Source of the DNA: an uncultured Clostridia bacterium
GTDB taxonomy: Bacteria > Bacillota > Clostridia > Christensenellales > UBA1242
Assembly (NCBI GenBank): GCA_946496065.1
Contig: CAMMFF010000004.1
Span: 7,450 to 71,449 of the forward strand
Length of the DNA: 64,000 nt
Reading direction: 5' to 3'
This document shows, piece after piece, positions 48,121-57,165 of the stretch. Position numbers and translations under genes: made by a program. The notes below the pieces were generated by a model, which made no database searches, was not told where the DNA came from, and was given only the letters and a program-made list of their open reading frames with translations. The first letter of the stretch is position 1; each line of letters opens with the position of its first letter.

Positions 48121-50742
48121 TTAGTGGTGTTTTTTAATCAAACCAATTGCCTTGGAAATTTCCAAAACAACAACTGGAACAAGTGAAAAACCTATTCCAA
48201 TCAAATAACCATAATAAGGAAGATAGGTCATTCCAAAAGCAGTGACAACTCCAGGTGTAAACAACACAAATGCAACAAGAAGAATGGAACCTAATGCTGC
48301 CCAATTCAACTTATGATTGCTGAAAGGTCCAATTTTGAACAATGAACGCTCAGAACGCATGTTATAGGCATGAACAATTTGCATAAGTGTCAATGTCATA
48401 AACGCGAGAGTGCTTCCACCCTCTGGAGAGCCCCCAGTAATCATTTCGCCAATAAAATATGCACCAAGTGTCAAAGCTGCAAACATGCAACCTTGCAAGA
48501 AGATTCTGATCCCGTAACCATGAGCAAACAAACTTTCATTTTTTGGTCTTGGTTTTCTATACATAACATTGCTTTCAACTGCCTCCATTCCGAGAGCAAT
48601 CGCTGGCAAAGAATCACTGACAAGATTAACCCAAAGAAGTTGGATTGAAATAAATGGAGAAGCCTGCCAGAAAATCATCGCAAGGAAAACAACAATAATC
48701 TCACTGATGTTTGTTCCAAGCAAAAATCCAACCACTTTTTTAATGTTTGCATAAATTCCTCTGCCTTCCTTAACGGCATCAACAACTGTTGCAAAATTGT
48801 CATCAGTAAGTGTCATATCTGCTGCACTTTTTGCCACATCAGTTCCAGTGATTCCCATAGCACAACCAATGTCTGCTGCCTTCAAAGCTGGGGCATCATT
48901 CACACCATCACCAGTCATTGAAACAACATGGCCTTTTTTTTGCCAAGCCTTAACAATTCGAATTTTATTTTCCGGAGACACACGTGCATAAACAGAAATT
49001 TTTTCTACTTCATTGTCCAACTGTTCTTCACTCATTGCGTCAAGTTCTGCGCCAGTGATTGCCTTGTCACCATCTTCCATAATTCCAAGCATTTTTGCAA
49101 TTGCAGACGCTGTCACAACATGGTCACCCGTTATCATAATCGGTTTAATTCCTGCCTGACGACAAAGTGCAACTGCATCTTTTGCTTCAGGTCGTGGAGG
49201 ATCAATCATTCCAACAAGCCCCATGAACGTAAGATCAGACTCAAGTTCTTCGCTTGTGATGTTCTTAGGCATTTTCTTAAGTTTTTTGCAACCTATTGCC
49301 AAAACTCTAAGAGCCTGAGAACTCATTTCATGATTGACTTTTCGTGCAGTTTCAATGTCTCCCACAACGCACCTTGTTGCCATAACATCAAATGCACCCT
49401 TGACAATCACAATATATTCTCCGTCAATCTCATTGACCGTTGCCATCAATTTGCGATCAGAATCAAATGGAAGTTCTGCCACACGAGGATAAAGTTTGTT
49501 GAGTTTCTTTTTGCTTTCGCCAATTTTGTGTGACGCAAGAACAATTGCTGTTTCAGTAGGATCTCCAAGATGTAATTCTTTATCTTTTTCAAAACGCACA
49601 GAGCCATCACAACACAAAGTTCCATAACTGAGAAGAGTCTTCTCTTTATCTCCCACTTTCTTTGGCTCAAAATCTAAAACTTCACCACCATCAACATAGG
49701 TCTTAACCAAAGTCATTCTGTTTTGAGTCAATGTGCCTGTCTTGTCCGAACAAATGACAGAAGCACAACCAAGAGTTTCCACAGCGGGAAGCCTTTTGAT
49801 AATCACATTCTTTTTGACCATTCTCGTGACGCCAATTGAAAGGACAATTGTCACAATTGCAGGAAGTCCTTCTGGAATTGCAGAAACAGCCAAAGAAACC
49901 GCAGTCATAAACATTTCCATAACATCTTGACCATTCAAAAGACCAACAATAAAGACGATCACACAAGCAACCAACGCTGCAATTCCCAAATATTTCCCAA
50001 GCTGAGAAAGTTTTTGTTGAAGTGGTGTTTTGGTTTCTTTCTCTCCGGCAAGAAGATTTGCAATTTTGCCCATTTCTGTGTTCATTCCAGTTCCAGTCAC
50101 AACAGCCGTTGCCGTTCCATAAGTGACTGAACAGCCAGAAAACACCATATTATCTCTGTCACCAATGGCTGCATTTTCTTTAACTTTTGCCCCCGCATCT
50201 TTTTCAGCAGGAACAGATTCTCCTGTCAAAGCAGACTCTTCTGATTTTAAATTGGAACTTTCCAAAAGTCTGGCATCAGCAGGCACAAAATCTCCTGCTT
50301 CAAGATGAATAATATCCCCAGGAACCAACTCGTCGGCACCAACAATTTTTTCTTCTCCACCACGCAAAACTCTTGCGTGAGGAGCAGACATATTTTTAAG
50401 TGCATCCAAAGCCTTCTCCGCCTTACTCTCCTGCACAAGCCCCATAACAGCATTGAGAATGACAATCAACAAAATAAGTGCTGGTTCAATAAATTCCATA
50501 GGGTCTTTTTCGATGCAAGCCACAACAAAAGAAATGATTGCAGCAATGATAAGAATGACAATCATCACATCTTTAAATTGCTCCAAAAAACGAACAAACA
50601 TATTTTTTTTCTTTTTGTCTGCAAGCTTGTTTGGACCAAACTTTGCACGCCTTTCAATCACTTGTTCTTCCGACAAGCCAGTTTTGAAATCGACATCAAG
50701 TTCTTTAACAACTGATTTTCTACTCTGACTATGATAAGCCAA
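48121..50742 (-). CDS. Calcium-translocating P-type ATPase (P2A, YloB/SERCA-like)
   Basis: 873 aa with phosphorylation motif CSDKTGTLT, the hinge TGDGVNDAPALK, the TGES actuator motif and 10 TM helices. TTG start with AAGGAGG 9 nt upstream. Confidence 0.93.
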   Translation of the reverse strand: MAYHSQSRKSVVKELDVDFKTGLSEEQVIERRAKFGPNKLADKKKKNMFVRFLEQFKDVMIVILIIAAIISFVVACIEKDPMEFIEPALILLIVILNAVMGLVQESKAEKALDALKNMSAPHARVLRGGEEKIVGADELVPGDIIHLEAGDFVPADARLLESSNLKSEESALTGESVPAEKDAGAKVKENAAIGDRDNMVFSGCSVTYGTATAVVTGTGMNTEMGKIANLLAGEKETKTPLQQKLSQLGKYLGIAALVACVIVFIVGLLNGQDVMEMFMTAVSLAVSAIPEGLPAIVTIVLSIGVTRMVKKNVIIKRLPAVETLGCASVICSDKTGTLTQNRMTLVKTYVDGGEVLDFEPKKVGDKEKTLLSYGTLCCDGSVRFEKDKELHLGDPTETAIVLASHKIGESKKKLNKLYPRVAELPFDSDRKLMATVNEIDGEYIVIVKGAFDVMATRCVVGDIETARKVNHEMSSQALRVLAIGCKKLKKMPKNITSEELESDLTFMGLVGMIDPPRPEAKDAVALCRQAGIKPIMITGDHVVTASAIAKMLGIMEDGDKAITGAELDAMSEEQLDNEVEKISVYARVSPENKIRIVKAWQKKGHVVSMTGDGVNDAPALKAADIGCAMGITGTDVAKSAADMTLTDDNFATVVDAVKEGRGIYANIKKVVGFLLGTNISEIIVVFLAMIFWQASPFISIQLLWVNLVSDSLPAIALGMEAVESNVMYRKPRPKNESLFAHGYGIRIFLQGCMFAALTLGAYFIGEMITGGSPEGGSTLAFMTLTLMQIVHAYNMRSERSLFKIGPFSNHKLNWAALGSILLVAFVLFTPGVVTAFGMTYLPYYGYLIGIGFSLVPVVVLEISKAIGLIKKHH

Positions 50743-50775
50743 CCTTTTCCGCCTCCTTGTCTGTTTTTAATCATT

Positions 50776-50851
50776 TGGAGCTGATGGCGGGAATCGAACC
50801 CGCGACCTACCGATTACGAATCAGTTGCTCTACCGACTGAGCCACATCAGC
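50776..50851 (-). tRNA. tRNA-Thr (anticodon CGU)
   Basis: The reverse complement gives a 76-nt cloverleaf. Acceptor GCTGATG/CATCAGC, anticodon loop TTCGTAA, T-loop GGTTCGATTCC, and encoded CCA. Confidence 0.93.
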
Positions 50852-50883
50852 ATAAGATGCCTTTTGCATCTTTTATTTTTTTA

Positions 50884-51921
50884 TTAGTCTTTCATCTCAG
50901 CCAGTTTAAATGAAACCTTGCCCTCATCTTCATCTTTAGACAACACTTCAACCTCAACCTTGTCACCAACTTTCACAATCTCATAAATCTTTTTAGTCTT
51001 GTTTTCAGTGGCATTTGAAATATGCAAAAGTCCAGTTGCACCATTTTCAACTTTGATTATTGCTCCAAACTGCAAAAGTTTGACAACTTCTCCCAGATAA
51101 GTTTGCCCAACAACCAATTCTTTGACTCTTGTAGTTTTTGGGTCTTCCAAAAGTGCCTTAAGAGAAAGTTCAACTTTTTTGTTCTCTCTATCAACCTTGA
51201 TTACTTTGAATTGTCTTTCATCTCCAACTTTCAAAACATCTTCAACTTTTTCAATTTTTTCATAAGATATATTTGAAATGTGAAGGAAACAATCAAAGCC
51301 ATCAACACTGACAAAAGCACCATAAGGCACGATTCTTTCAACCTTGCCTTTGACAATTTTGTTGATGAAAATGCTGTTCCAAAAATTCTTTTCAATTGCA
51401 ACCTTGATTTGTTCTTGCAAAAGTTTGACACTTCCAATGATTGTCTTGTTTTCTTTGTCAATTTCTGTCACAACAGCTTCAAACTGTTTTCCAATCAATT
51501 TATGGAAATCTTTGACATAACGGTCTGAAACTTCAGAAAAAGGAATGATGATAGTGTAATCTCCCATCTTTGACATCAAACCGCTTCCAACCCCTGTTGC
51601 AACAAAAGAGAACTTGCTTCCAAGTCTCAAGTTCAACGCATTTTGATTGGCAAGTTTCAAAGCATCTGCCAGACTTTTTGATGCTTCAATCAACCCCTCT
51701 TCATTTTTTTGATTTGTGATGACAACGCTAAATCTGTCGCCAATCTTAACATCGTCATAATTTTCAAAATCTGATGCAGGAATGAAAGCATCATTTTTTC
51801 CACCAATATTGAAAATCACACCGTCATCACGTCTAAGCACAACAACACCATCAAAAGATTGTCCCTTACGATAAGAAGTAAAAGTTTTGTCAATCATTTC
51901 CAAATTAAATTTCTCGCTCAT
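50884..51921 (-). CDS. S1 RNA-binding domain protein (ribosomal protein bS1 homologue, four S1 repeats)
   Basis: Four repeats of the S1/OB motif (G..v.G.V..i...GafV). Start is either ATG 51933 (no SD) or ATG 51921 (AAGGG upstream); the latter is used here. Confidence 0.85.
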   Translation of the reverse strand: MSEKFNLEMIDKTFTSYRKGQSFDGVVVLRRDDGVIFNIGGKNDAFIPASDFENYDDVKIGDRFSVVITNQKNEEGLIEASKSLADALKLANQNALNLRLGSKFSFVATGVGSGLMSKMGDYTIIIPFSEVSDRYVKDFHKLIGKQFEAVVTEIDKENKTIIGSVKLLQEQIKVAIEKNFWNSIFINKIVKGKVERIVPYGAFVSVDGFDCFLHISNISYEKIEKVEDVLKVGDERQFKVIKVDRENKKVELSLKALLEDPKTTRVKELVVGQTYLGEVVKLLQFGAIIKVENGATGLLHISNATENKTKKIYEIVKVGDKVEVEVLSKDEDEGKVSFKLAEMKD

Positions 51922-51957
51922 AACACCCTTCATAAATCATAGATTTTATTTTAAAAA

Positions 51958-51986
51958 AGATTATCAAAAATCTTTATAAAAGTCAA
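51958..51986 (-). promoter_or_regulatory. Promoter of the S1-domain gene
   Basis: TTGACT (51986-51981), 17 nt spacer, then TGa-TAATCT (51966-51958). Confidence 0.55.
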
Positions 51987-52013
51987 ATATATTTAAAATA
52001 TTTAATCTATGAT

Positions 52014-52042
52014 TTGACAAAACAAATTTTTATATTTAGAAT
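52014..52042 (+). promoter_or_regulatory. Promoter of the 68-aa gene
   Basis: TTGACA (52014-52019), 17 nt spacer, TAGAAT (52037-52042). Confidence 0.65.
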
Positions 52043-52062
52043 TTTATAAAGGAAATGTAATT

Positions 52063-52269
52063 ATGAAAGATTTAGACGAAATTCCAGAATGTAGTAAATT
52101 ACTTGATGAAATGTTTGAAGAATTTGATAAATTACCCAAACCTAAAACTTTAGGTTTAGATGTAAATTGGAAGGAACAAAAAAAGATAAGAGATAGATAT
52201 TGGATTAAACTGCAAGAAGCGTATAAAAAATATATGACTGAACATCCAGAAGAACTTGAGGAAAAATAA
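52063..52269 (+). CDS. Hypothetical small acidic/basic helical protein (68 aa)
   Basis: Monocistronic with a consensus promoter, an AAGGAAA RBS and a downstream hairpin. No family recognised. Confidence 0.55.
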   Translation: MKDLDEIPECSKLLDEMFEEFDKLPKPKTLGLDVNWKEQKKIRDRYWIKLQEAYKKYMTEHPEELEEK

Positions 52270-52300
52270 AAAGAACCGTATTATGCGATTCTTTATTTTT
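52266..52300. terminator. Bidirectional terminator between the 68-aa gene and plsC
   Basis: Hairpin aagaaccg/cgattctt (52271-52278 / 52286-52293, one mismatch), flanked by A/T-runs. Confidence 0.5.
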
Positions 52301-52895
52301 TCTTGCTCAAAATTTCTTCTCTAAGTTCCAACATTTTTTCTCTGACAATATCATTTGCTTTTTGCAAAGTTTCTTCGTCCAATTTCTTTCCATAAAACTC
52401 TGAAAGTTCAAAGGATTTTCCAATGTGATAGACACTTTTTCTGAATAGTTTTGGTTTTCTTTCAATCCAAATTGGAGCAATCGGGGTTTTTGTTTTTATT
52501 GCAATCATAGCAAGCCCACTTTTTATCTCCCCCAAAATGTCTTCTTCATTTTTCAACCTTGTCCCCTCTGGAAAAATAAAAAGTTTTTTGTTGTCTTTAA
52601 GTGCTTTCATGCAAGCCTTAATTGCATTGATGTCAGTTGCTTCTCTGTCAATCTCAATTCCACCAAAATTACGCAATATTGCACCAAAAAGTTTGTTCTT
52701 GAAAAGTTCTTTCTTTGCCAAAATCTTAATTTTCTCACTGGTATTCAAAATATACAACGCAATATCCCAATTTGAACGATGATTGCAAGAGATAATAACC
52801 TTTCCTTTAGGTAAGTTTTTTCTTCCTTTAATAAATGTTGGATGCAGAATAGACAACGGCAACCAAAGCAAAATCCTAGCCAACCATAAGAACAT
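52293..52895 (-). CDS. plsC: 1-acyl-sn-glycerol-3-phosphate acyltransferase
   Basis: 200 aa with acyltransferase motifs NHRSNWD (HX4D) and FPEGTR. GGAGG RBS. Confidence 0.9.
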   Translation of the reverse strand: MFLWLARILLWLPLSILHPTFIKGRKNLPKGKVIISCNHRSNWDIALYILNTSEKIKILAKKELFKNKLFGAILRNFGGIEIDREATDINAIKACMKALKDNKKLFIFPEGTRLKNEEDILGEIKSGLAMIAIKTKTPIAPIWIERKPKLFRKSVYHIGKSFELSEFYGKKLDEETLQKANDIVREKMLELREEILSKKK

Positions 52896-52955
52896 AACAT
52901 TCCTCCAAAATTAAATTACTACATTATATTAATGAAATCAAATCATGTTGTCAAA

Positions 52956-54167
52956 TCAAACACAAAAATTCTTCGCAAGCGAAAATGCTGTTGCCCACGC
53001 AATTTGAAGATTAAATCCCCCAGTCAAAGCATCTACATCAAGAACTTCTCCCGTAAAATACAATCCCGGAACCAACTTGCTTTCAAAAGTTTTAGGGTTG
53101 ACTTCTTTCAAATTGACACCACCGCTTGTTATGATTCCTGTGTTGATGTCATAAAGTCCACCATAAGTCAATTTGAAGTTTTTAAGTCCCTCTAACAATT
53201 TTTGTCTTTCCACTTTTGTTATGTCGTGAATTTTTTTGTTTTCATCAAGTCCAATTATCTCAGCAAAAACTTCTGCGACCGCTTTTGGCAAAAGCCCTTT
53301 CAAAACATTTTTCAAATCCTTGTTTTTGTTCTCTTCAAAGTCTCTCAAAAGCCTTGCGTCAAGTTGTTTGTCAGAGAGTGCTGGCTTAAAGTCAAGCGTC
53401 ATCGAAACATTTTGACAACGATTGACATAACTGGAAGCAGTCAACACTATTGGTCCCGAAATACCTTGATCAGTGAAGAGCATTTCACCAAAGAAAGACA
53501 ACTTCTTTCCATCCGCCAAAACATTCAACTCAACATTTTTCAAAGAAACTCCTTGCAATTTGCTGACAAACTTATCTTTCAAAACAATTGGACAAAGCGC
53601 AGAAACAACTTCTTCGATTGAATGACCAAATGTCTTTGCAAATTTATAACCGTCTCCACTACTTCCTGTTGCCCTATAACTTTTTCCACCAGTGGCAATT
53701 ATGACTTTTTCAAAAGTTCTTTTGCCTTTTGAAGAAACCACAACAAAAGCATCATCTTTCTTGTTTATTGCCAAAACTTCATCATCAAATGAAAAATTGA
53801 CATTTTGGCAATGTTTTTCCTTTAAAACTTTGACAACATCTCCAGCCTTATCACTTTCAGGGAAGACACGATTTCCCCTTTCAACCTTGGTCTTAAGGCC
53901 AAGTTCCTCAAAAAAATTGACACAATCAAAACTAGAAAAGGAATAAATTGCAGATCTAAGAAATTTTTCTCCCCTAACAACATTTTTCAAAAACTCATCT
54001 TCCGAGCAAAGATTTGTTATGTTGCATCTGCCTTTCCCAGTGATAAAGAGTTTCTTTCCAGCCTTTTCATTTTTCTCAAGCACCGTCACATCATGACCTT
54101 TGTCAGCCAAAAGCCCTGACACCATAAGGCCAGATGCCCCTGCCCCAATAACCGCAACTTTACTCAT
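52956..54167 (-). CDS. HI0933/YhiN-family FAD-dependent oxidoreductase (aminoacetone-oxidase family)
   Basis: 403 aa with Rossmann VIGAGASGLM and TGKGRCNITN, typical of this family. ATGA overlap with the upstream gene. Confidence 0.85.
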   Translation of the reverse strand: MSKVAVIGAGASGLMVSGLLADKGHDVTVLEKNEKAGKKLFITGKGRCNITNLCSEDEFLKNVVRGEKFLRSAIYSFSSFDCVNFFEELGLKTKVERGNRVFPESDKAGDVVKVLKEKHCQNVNFSFDDEVLAINKKDDAFVVVSSKGKRTFEKVIIATGGKSYRATGSSGDGYKFAKTFGHSIEEVVSALCPIVLKDKFVSKLQGVSLKNVELNVLADGKKLSFFGEMLFTDQGISGPIVLTASSYVNRCQNVSMTLDFKPALSDKQLDARLLRDFEENKNKDLKNVLKGLLPKAVAEVFAEIIGLDENKKIHDITKVERQKLLEGLKNFKLTYGGLYDINTGIITSGGVNLKEVNPKTFESKLVPGLYFTGEVLDVDALTGGFNLQIAWATAFSLAKNFCV

Positions 54168-54874
54168 TTTGCTCCTTTGAAATATGCAATTTCTTCTTCT
54201 GTCATAGGTTTTGTTTTTCCACGATAAAGTCCGCCCAGACGCACCTGTCCAATTCTGACTCTCTTCAAAAGTTTAATTTGATGACCAATAGCATCAAACA
54301 TTCTTCTTACTTGGTGATTTTGTCCTTCGTCAATCACAACAGAAACCTTGCTGAACTTTCCGTCATATTCCAAAAGTTTAACTCTCGCTTCTGGCATTCT
54401 TTTCCCGTTCTCCACAACACCTTTTCTCAGAACCGCCAAATCACCTTCTTTGATTTCTCCTTCTACTGTGACATGATATTCTTTTTCAAAGTGAAATTTT
54501 GGGTGTGTGATTAAATTTGCAAAATCTCCGTCATTTGTCAAAAAAATCAAACCTTCTGTGTCATAGTCAAGTCGACCAACACTGAACAAACGGACATCAC
54601 ATTCCACCAAATCAAAAATGGTTTTTCTCCCCTTTTCATCTTTTGCCGTGCAAGCATACCCCTTAGGTTTGTTCATTTTCAAATACACAAAATCATTTGG
54701 AAGTGAAACCACGACTCCATCAACCTTGACAACATCTTTTTTCTCATCAACAGAGACTCCAAGGTTGTCCACAATTTGACCATTGATTGAAACGCGACCA
54801 AATCTGATTATGTCATCACATTTTCTCCTTGAAGCAACACCACAAGAACTCAAAAATTTGTTTAATCTCATCAT
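54164..54874 (-). CDS. rluB: 16S/23S rRNA pseudouridine synthase (RsuA/RluB family, S4 domain)
   Basis: S4 domain (RLNKFLSSCGVASRRK) and catalytic-region motif GRLDYDTEGL. Start is the ATG at 54874 or 54871. Confidence 0.88.
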   Translation of the reverse strand: MMRLNKFLSSCGVASRRKCDDIIRFGRVSINGQIVDNLGVSVDEKKDVVKVDGVVVSLPNDFVYLKMNKPKGYACTAKDEKGRKTIFDLVECDVRLFSVGRLDYDTEGLIFLTNDGDFANLITHPKFHFEKEYHVTVEGEIKEGDLAVLRKGVVENGKRMPEARVKLLEYDGKFSKVSVVIDEGQNHQVRRMFDAIGHQIKLLKRVRIGQVRLGGLYRGKTKPMTEEEIAYFKGAK

Positions 54875-54912
54875 AAAAAATCCTCTCATCTGCAAACTCC
54901 AACAGATGAGAG
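54875..54912 (-). terminator. Strong hairpin + U-run between the dac gene and rluB (terminator/attenuator)
   Basis: A 10-bp perfect stem ctctcatctg/cagatgagag (54883-54892 / 54903-54912), then GAUUUUUU directly abutting the rluB ATG. Confidence 0.6.
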
Positions 54913-54922
54913 AATTTCAAAA

Positions 54923-56074
54923 TTACCAATTCTTGAAAAAGTCTTTCATTCTTTGAAGTATTGACTTTGGCTTTATCTCTTCTATTGTAAAGATTTTCTC
55001 AGAGAAAAGCAAGTCATTACCCAAAAATATTTCCACCTTTCCAATTTCACTATCTTTGTCAAGCGGTGCTTCCACATTTTGCGGATAAGAATAGACAAAT
55101 TTCAAATTTTTCACTTCATTTTCAGTCAAAGGATACAAGAAACTTCCATAAGTTCCAATCTTTGCACTTTCATTTCTTCCATCAACGACATCAATTGAAT
55201 GGTCAAAATCATAAAACTCTGTCAAGTCATAAAGCTTATAATTTTCCGAGCATTGTCTCAAAAGTTCGGCACTTTCTTCAAACATAGGGCGACAATTCAA
55301 AACCACACACACAAGACGCAATCCATCTTTTTCAATTGCAGAAACCAAACATCTTCCGGCATCATCGGTGTAGCCTGTTTTGACACCAATGCAACCGTCC
55401 AAAGTGAAGAGTAATTTGTTTTTGTTTTTCAAATATCTGTTCTCGCCGTCACCCTTTGTGATTTTGATGTTTTTTGTTCCAACAATTTCTCTGAACGTTT
55501 CATTTTCAAGAGCATAAGAAGTGATAAGTGCCAAGTCATAAGCGGTTGTATAGTGCCCATCTGCATCAAGTCCATGAGTGTTTGCAAAGTGAGAATTTGT
55601 TGCTCCGATCCTTTTTGCGAGTTCATTCATTTTTGTCACAAACTCACTTGTCGAACCAGCAACGTGTTCCGCAATTGCAACCGAAGCATCATTTCCAGAA
55701 ATCAACATCAAGGCATAAAGAAGGTCACGAGTGGAATAGACATCACCCTTTCTCAAATAAAGAGAAGTTCCAGGAACTCCCACAGCCTTTGGCGAAACTT
55801 CAAACTTTTCATCAAGGTCATCACAATTTTCAAGTGCTGTGATTGCCGTCATAATTTTGGTCGTACTTGCCATTGGCATTTTTTTGTTTTCACCCACAGC
55901 ATAAAGTTTTCTTTTTGTCGTCGTTTCAATAACTGCACAACCCTTCGCCGAAGAATACAAATTCAAAGCATCAGTCTGAAGCACAAAAGAATTTGAAACT
56001 CCAATAAAGACAAAACTGAAACACAAAAAAATCACAACAAAAGTCAGAGCAAAATTTTTAATCTTTTCTTTCAT
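54923..56074 (-). CDS. D-alanyl-D-alanine carboxypeptidase (S11), second paralogue
   Basis: SxxK (ASTTKIMT), SxN (SGND) and KTG (KTGYT) motifs. ATG at 56074 with a GGAGAG RBS. Overlaps the ytfJ-like stop by 17 nt. Confidence 0.88.
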   Translation of the reverse strand: MKEKIKNFALTFVVIFLCFSFVFIGVSNSFVLQTDALNLYSSAKGCAVIETTTKRKLYAVGENKKMPMASTTKIMTAITALENCDDLDEKFEVSPKAVGVPGTSLYLRKGDVYSTRDLLYALMLISGNDASVAIAEHVAGSTSEFVTKMNELAKRIGATNSHFANTHGLDADGHYTTAYDLALITSYALENETFREIVGTKNIKITKGDGENRYLKNKNKLLFTLDGCIGVKTGYTDDAGRCLVSAIEKDGLRLVCVVLNCRPMFEESAELLRQCSENYKLYDLTEFYDFDHSIDVVDGRNESAKIGTYGSFLYPLTENEVKNLKFVYSYPQNVEAPLDKDSEIGKVEIFLGNDLLFSEKIFTIEEIKPKSILQRMKDFFKNW

Positions 56075-56474
56075 TATTCTCTCCATTTTCCTTTGCCGAT
56101 TTCTCAAGTTTTGCAAGCAACGAGTTGACCATATTCAAAACTGTTTGGTAAAGAGATTTGTTTTCAACATTGACAAACTCAACATCACCCATTTCACGAA
56201 TAATCAAAAATCCAACGGGAGAAACACTCATGCCACCACTTGAGCCACCACTCATAGGAAAATGGTTTGCCACTCTTCTTGCAGACAAATCGGCATATTC
56301 TCCACCGCCAACAACAAAGCCAACTGTCACTTTTGAAATTGGAATGATGATCGTTCCGTCAGGCGATGAAATGCTTTCTCCAACAATTGTGGAAGAATCA
56401 ACAATGGTTTTGATTTTGTCCATTGCACTTGAAATCAAATCATTGATAGAAGAAGAATTGGTATAAATTTTCAT
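56058..56474 (-). CDS. ytfJ: Sporulation protein YtfJ/GerW family
   Basis: IVGESISSPDGTIIIPISKVTVGFVVGGGEY and SGGSSGGMSVSPVGFLII match YtfJ. ATG at 56474 with an AAGGAG RBS. Confidence 0.85.
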   Translation of the reverse strand: MKIYTNSSSINDLISSAMDKIKTIVDSSTIVGESISSPDGTIIIPISKVTVGFVVGGGEYADLSARRVANHFPMSGGSSGGMSVSPVGFLIIREMGDVEFVNVENKSLYQTVLNMVNSLLAKLEKSAKENGENNERKD

Positions 56475-56540
56475 AGACACTCCTTTTGCATAACACCCCA
56501 GTTTTTGAGTGGTATGTTGCATATTACACAATATATTGTG

Positions 56541-57095
56541 TTATTTCTTTCTCTTAGATATGATAACCGAATATATGAAAGAATATACAATATCAAAAAA
56601 AGAAAACGATCCTGAGATCACAAAAGCAAGTTCACAAGTGACAATGTTGTATGAAACTGTGTCATAAACACAAAATGATGCAGTTGGTTTTTTGCTTTTT
56701 AAAAACAGAAAAAACTGAGTCACTGCAAAATTGATAAACCCACAAAGAAGTGCACTTGTATATGCATCCCCCGTTCCAATGTTATAAAACATATAACATT
56801 TCTTCAACCTAATTTTGTCTTTTATCTGATTTCCAAATTCTTCCATCAAAGCAAATTCTTGACTTTCAAATTCCAACTTTTGCAGTTTTGTTTCACTCTC
56901 ATTTTCAAGTTCAATAAATTTTCCATGAAAGGAAAATATGTAATAAAAAATTTGCTTTTTCAAAATCGCCAATGCCACAACACCCCGATTGTAAAGTGGA
57001 TTATATGACAATCTCACTTCCACAAAAACAGGAAAAATCAAAAGCAATATAAAAAACATTGGTATCAAATAATAAAGAGAAATTTTCCAATCCAT
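56541..57095 (-). CDS. YtfI-like membrane protein (DUF2953-like)
   Basis: Sits upstream of ytfJ, as in the B. subtilis ytfI-ytfJ arrangement. N-terminal TM helix. ATG at 57095 was chosen because the longer frame reads through the preceding terminator. Confidence 0.5.
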   Translation of the reverse strand: MDWKISLYYLIPMFFILLLIFPVFVEVRLSYNPLYNRGVVALAILKKQIFYYIFSFHGKFIELENESETKLQKLEFESQEFALMEEFGNQIKDKIRLKKCYMFYNIGTGDAYTSALLCGFINFAVTQFFLFLKSKKPTASFCVYDTVSYNIVTCELAFVISGSFSFFDIVYSFIYSVIISKRKK

Positions 57096-57118
57096 GTTTT
57101 TATTTTGATTAAAATAAC

Positions 57119-57145
57119 AAAAAAAATGCGAAACAATATTCGCAT
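57119..57145 (-). terminator. Intrinsic terminator after the ugtP-like gene
   Basis: Minus-strand hairpin atgcgaa-tattgt-ttcgcat followed by a U-run. Confidence 0.7.
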
Positions 57146-57165
57146 TTTTCAAATTCATTATTCAA

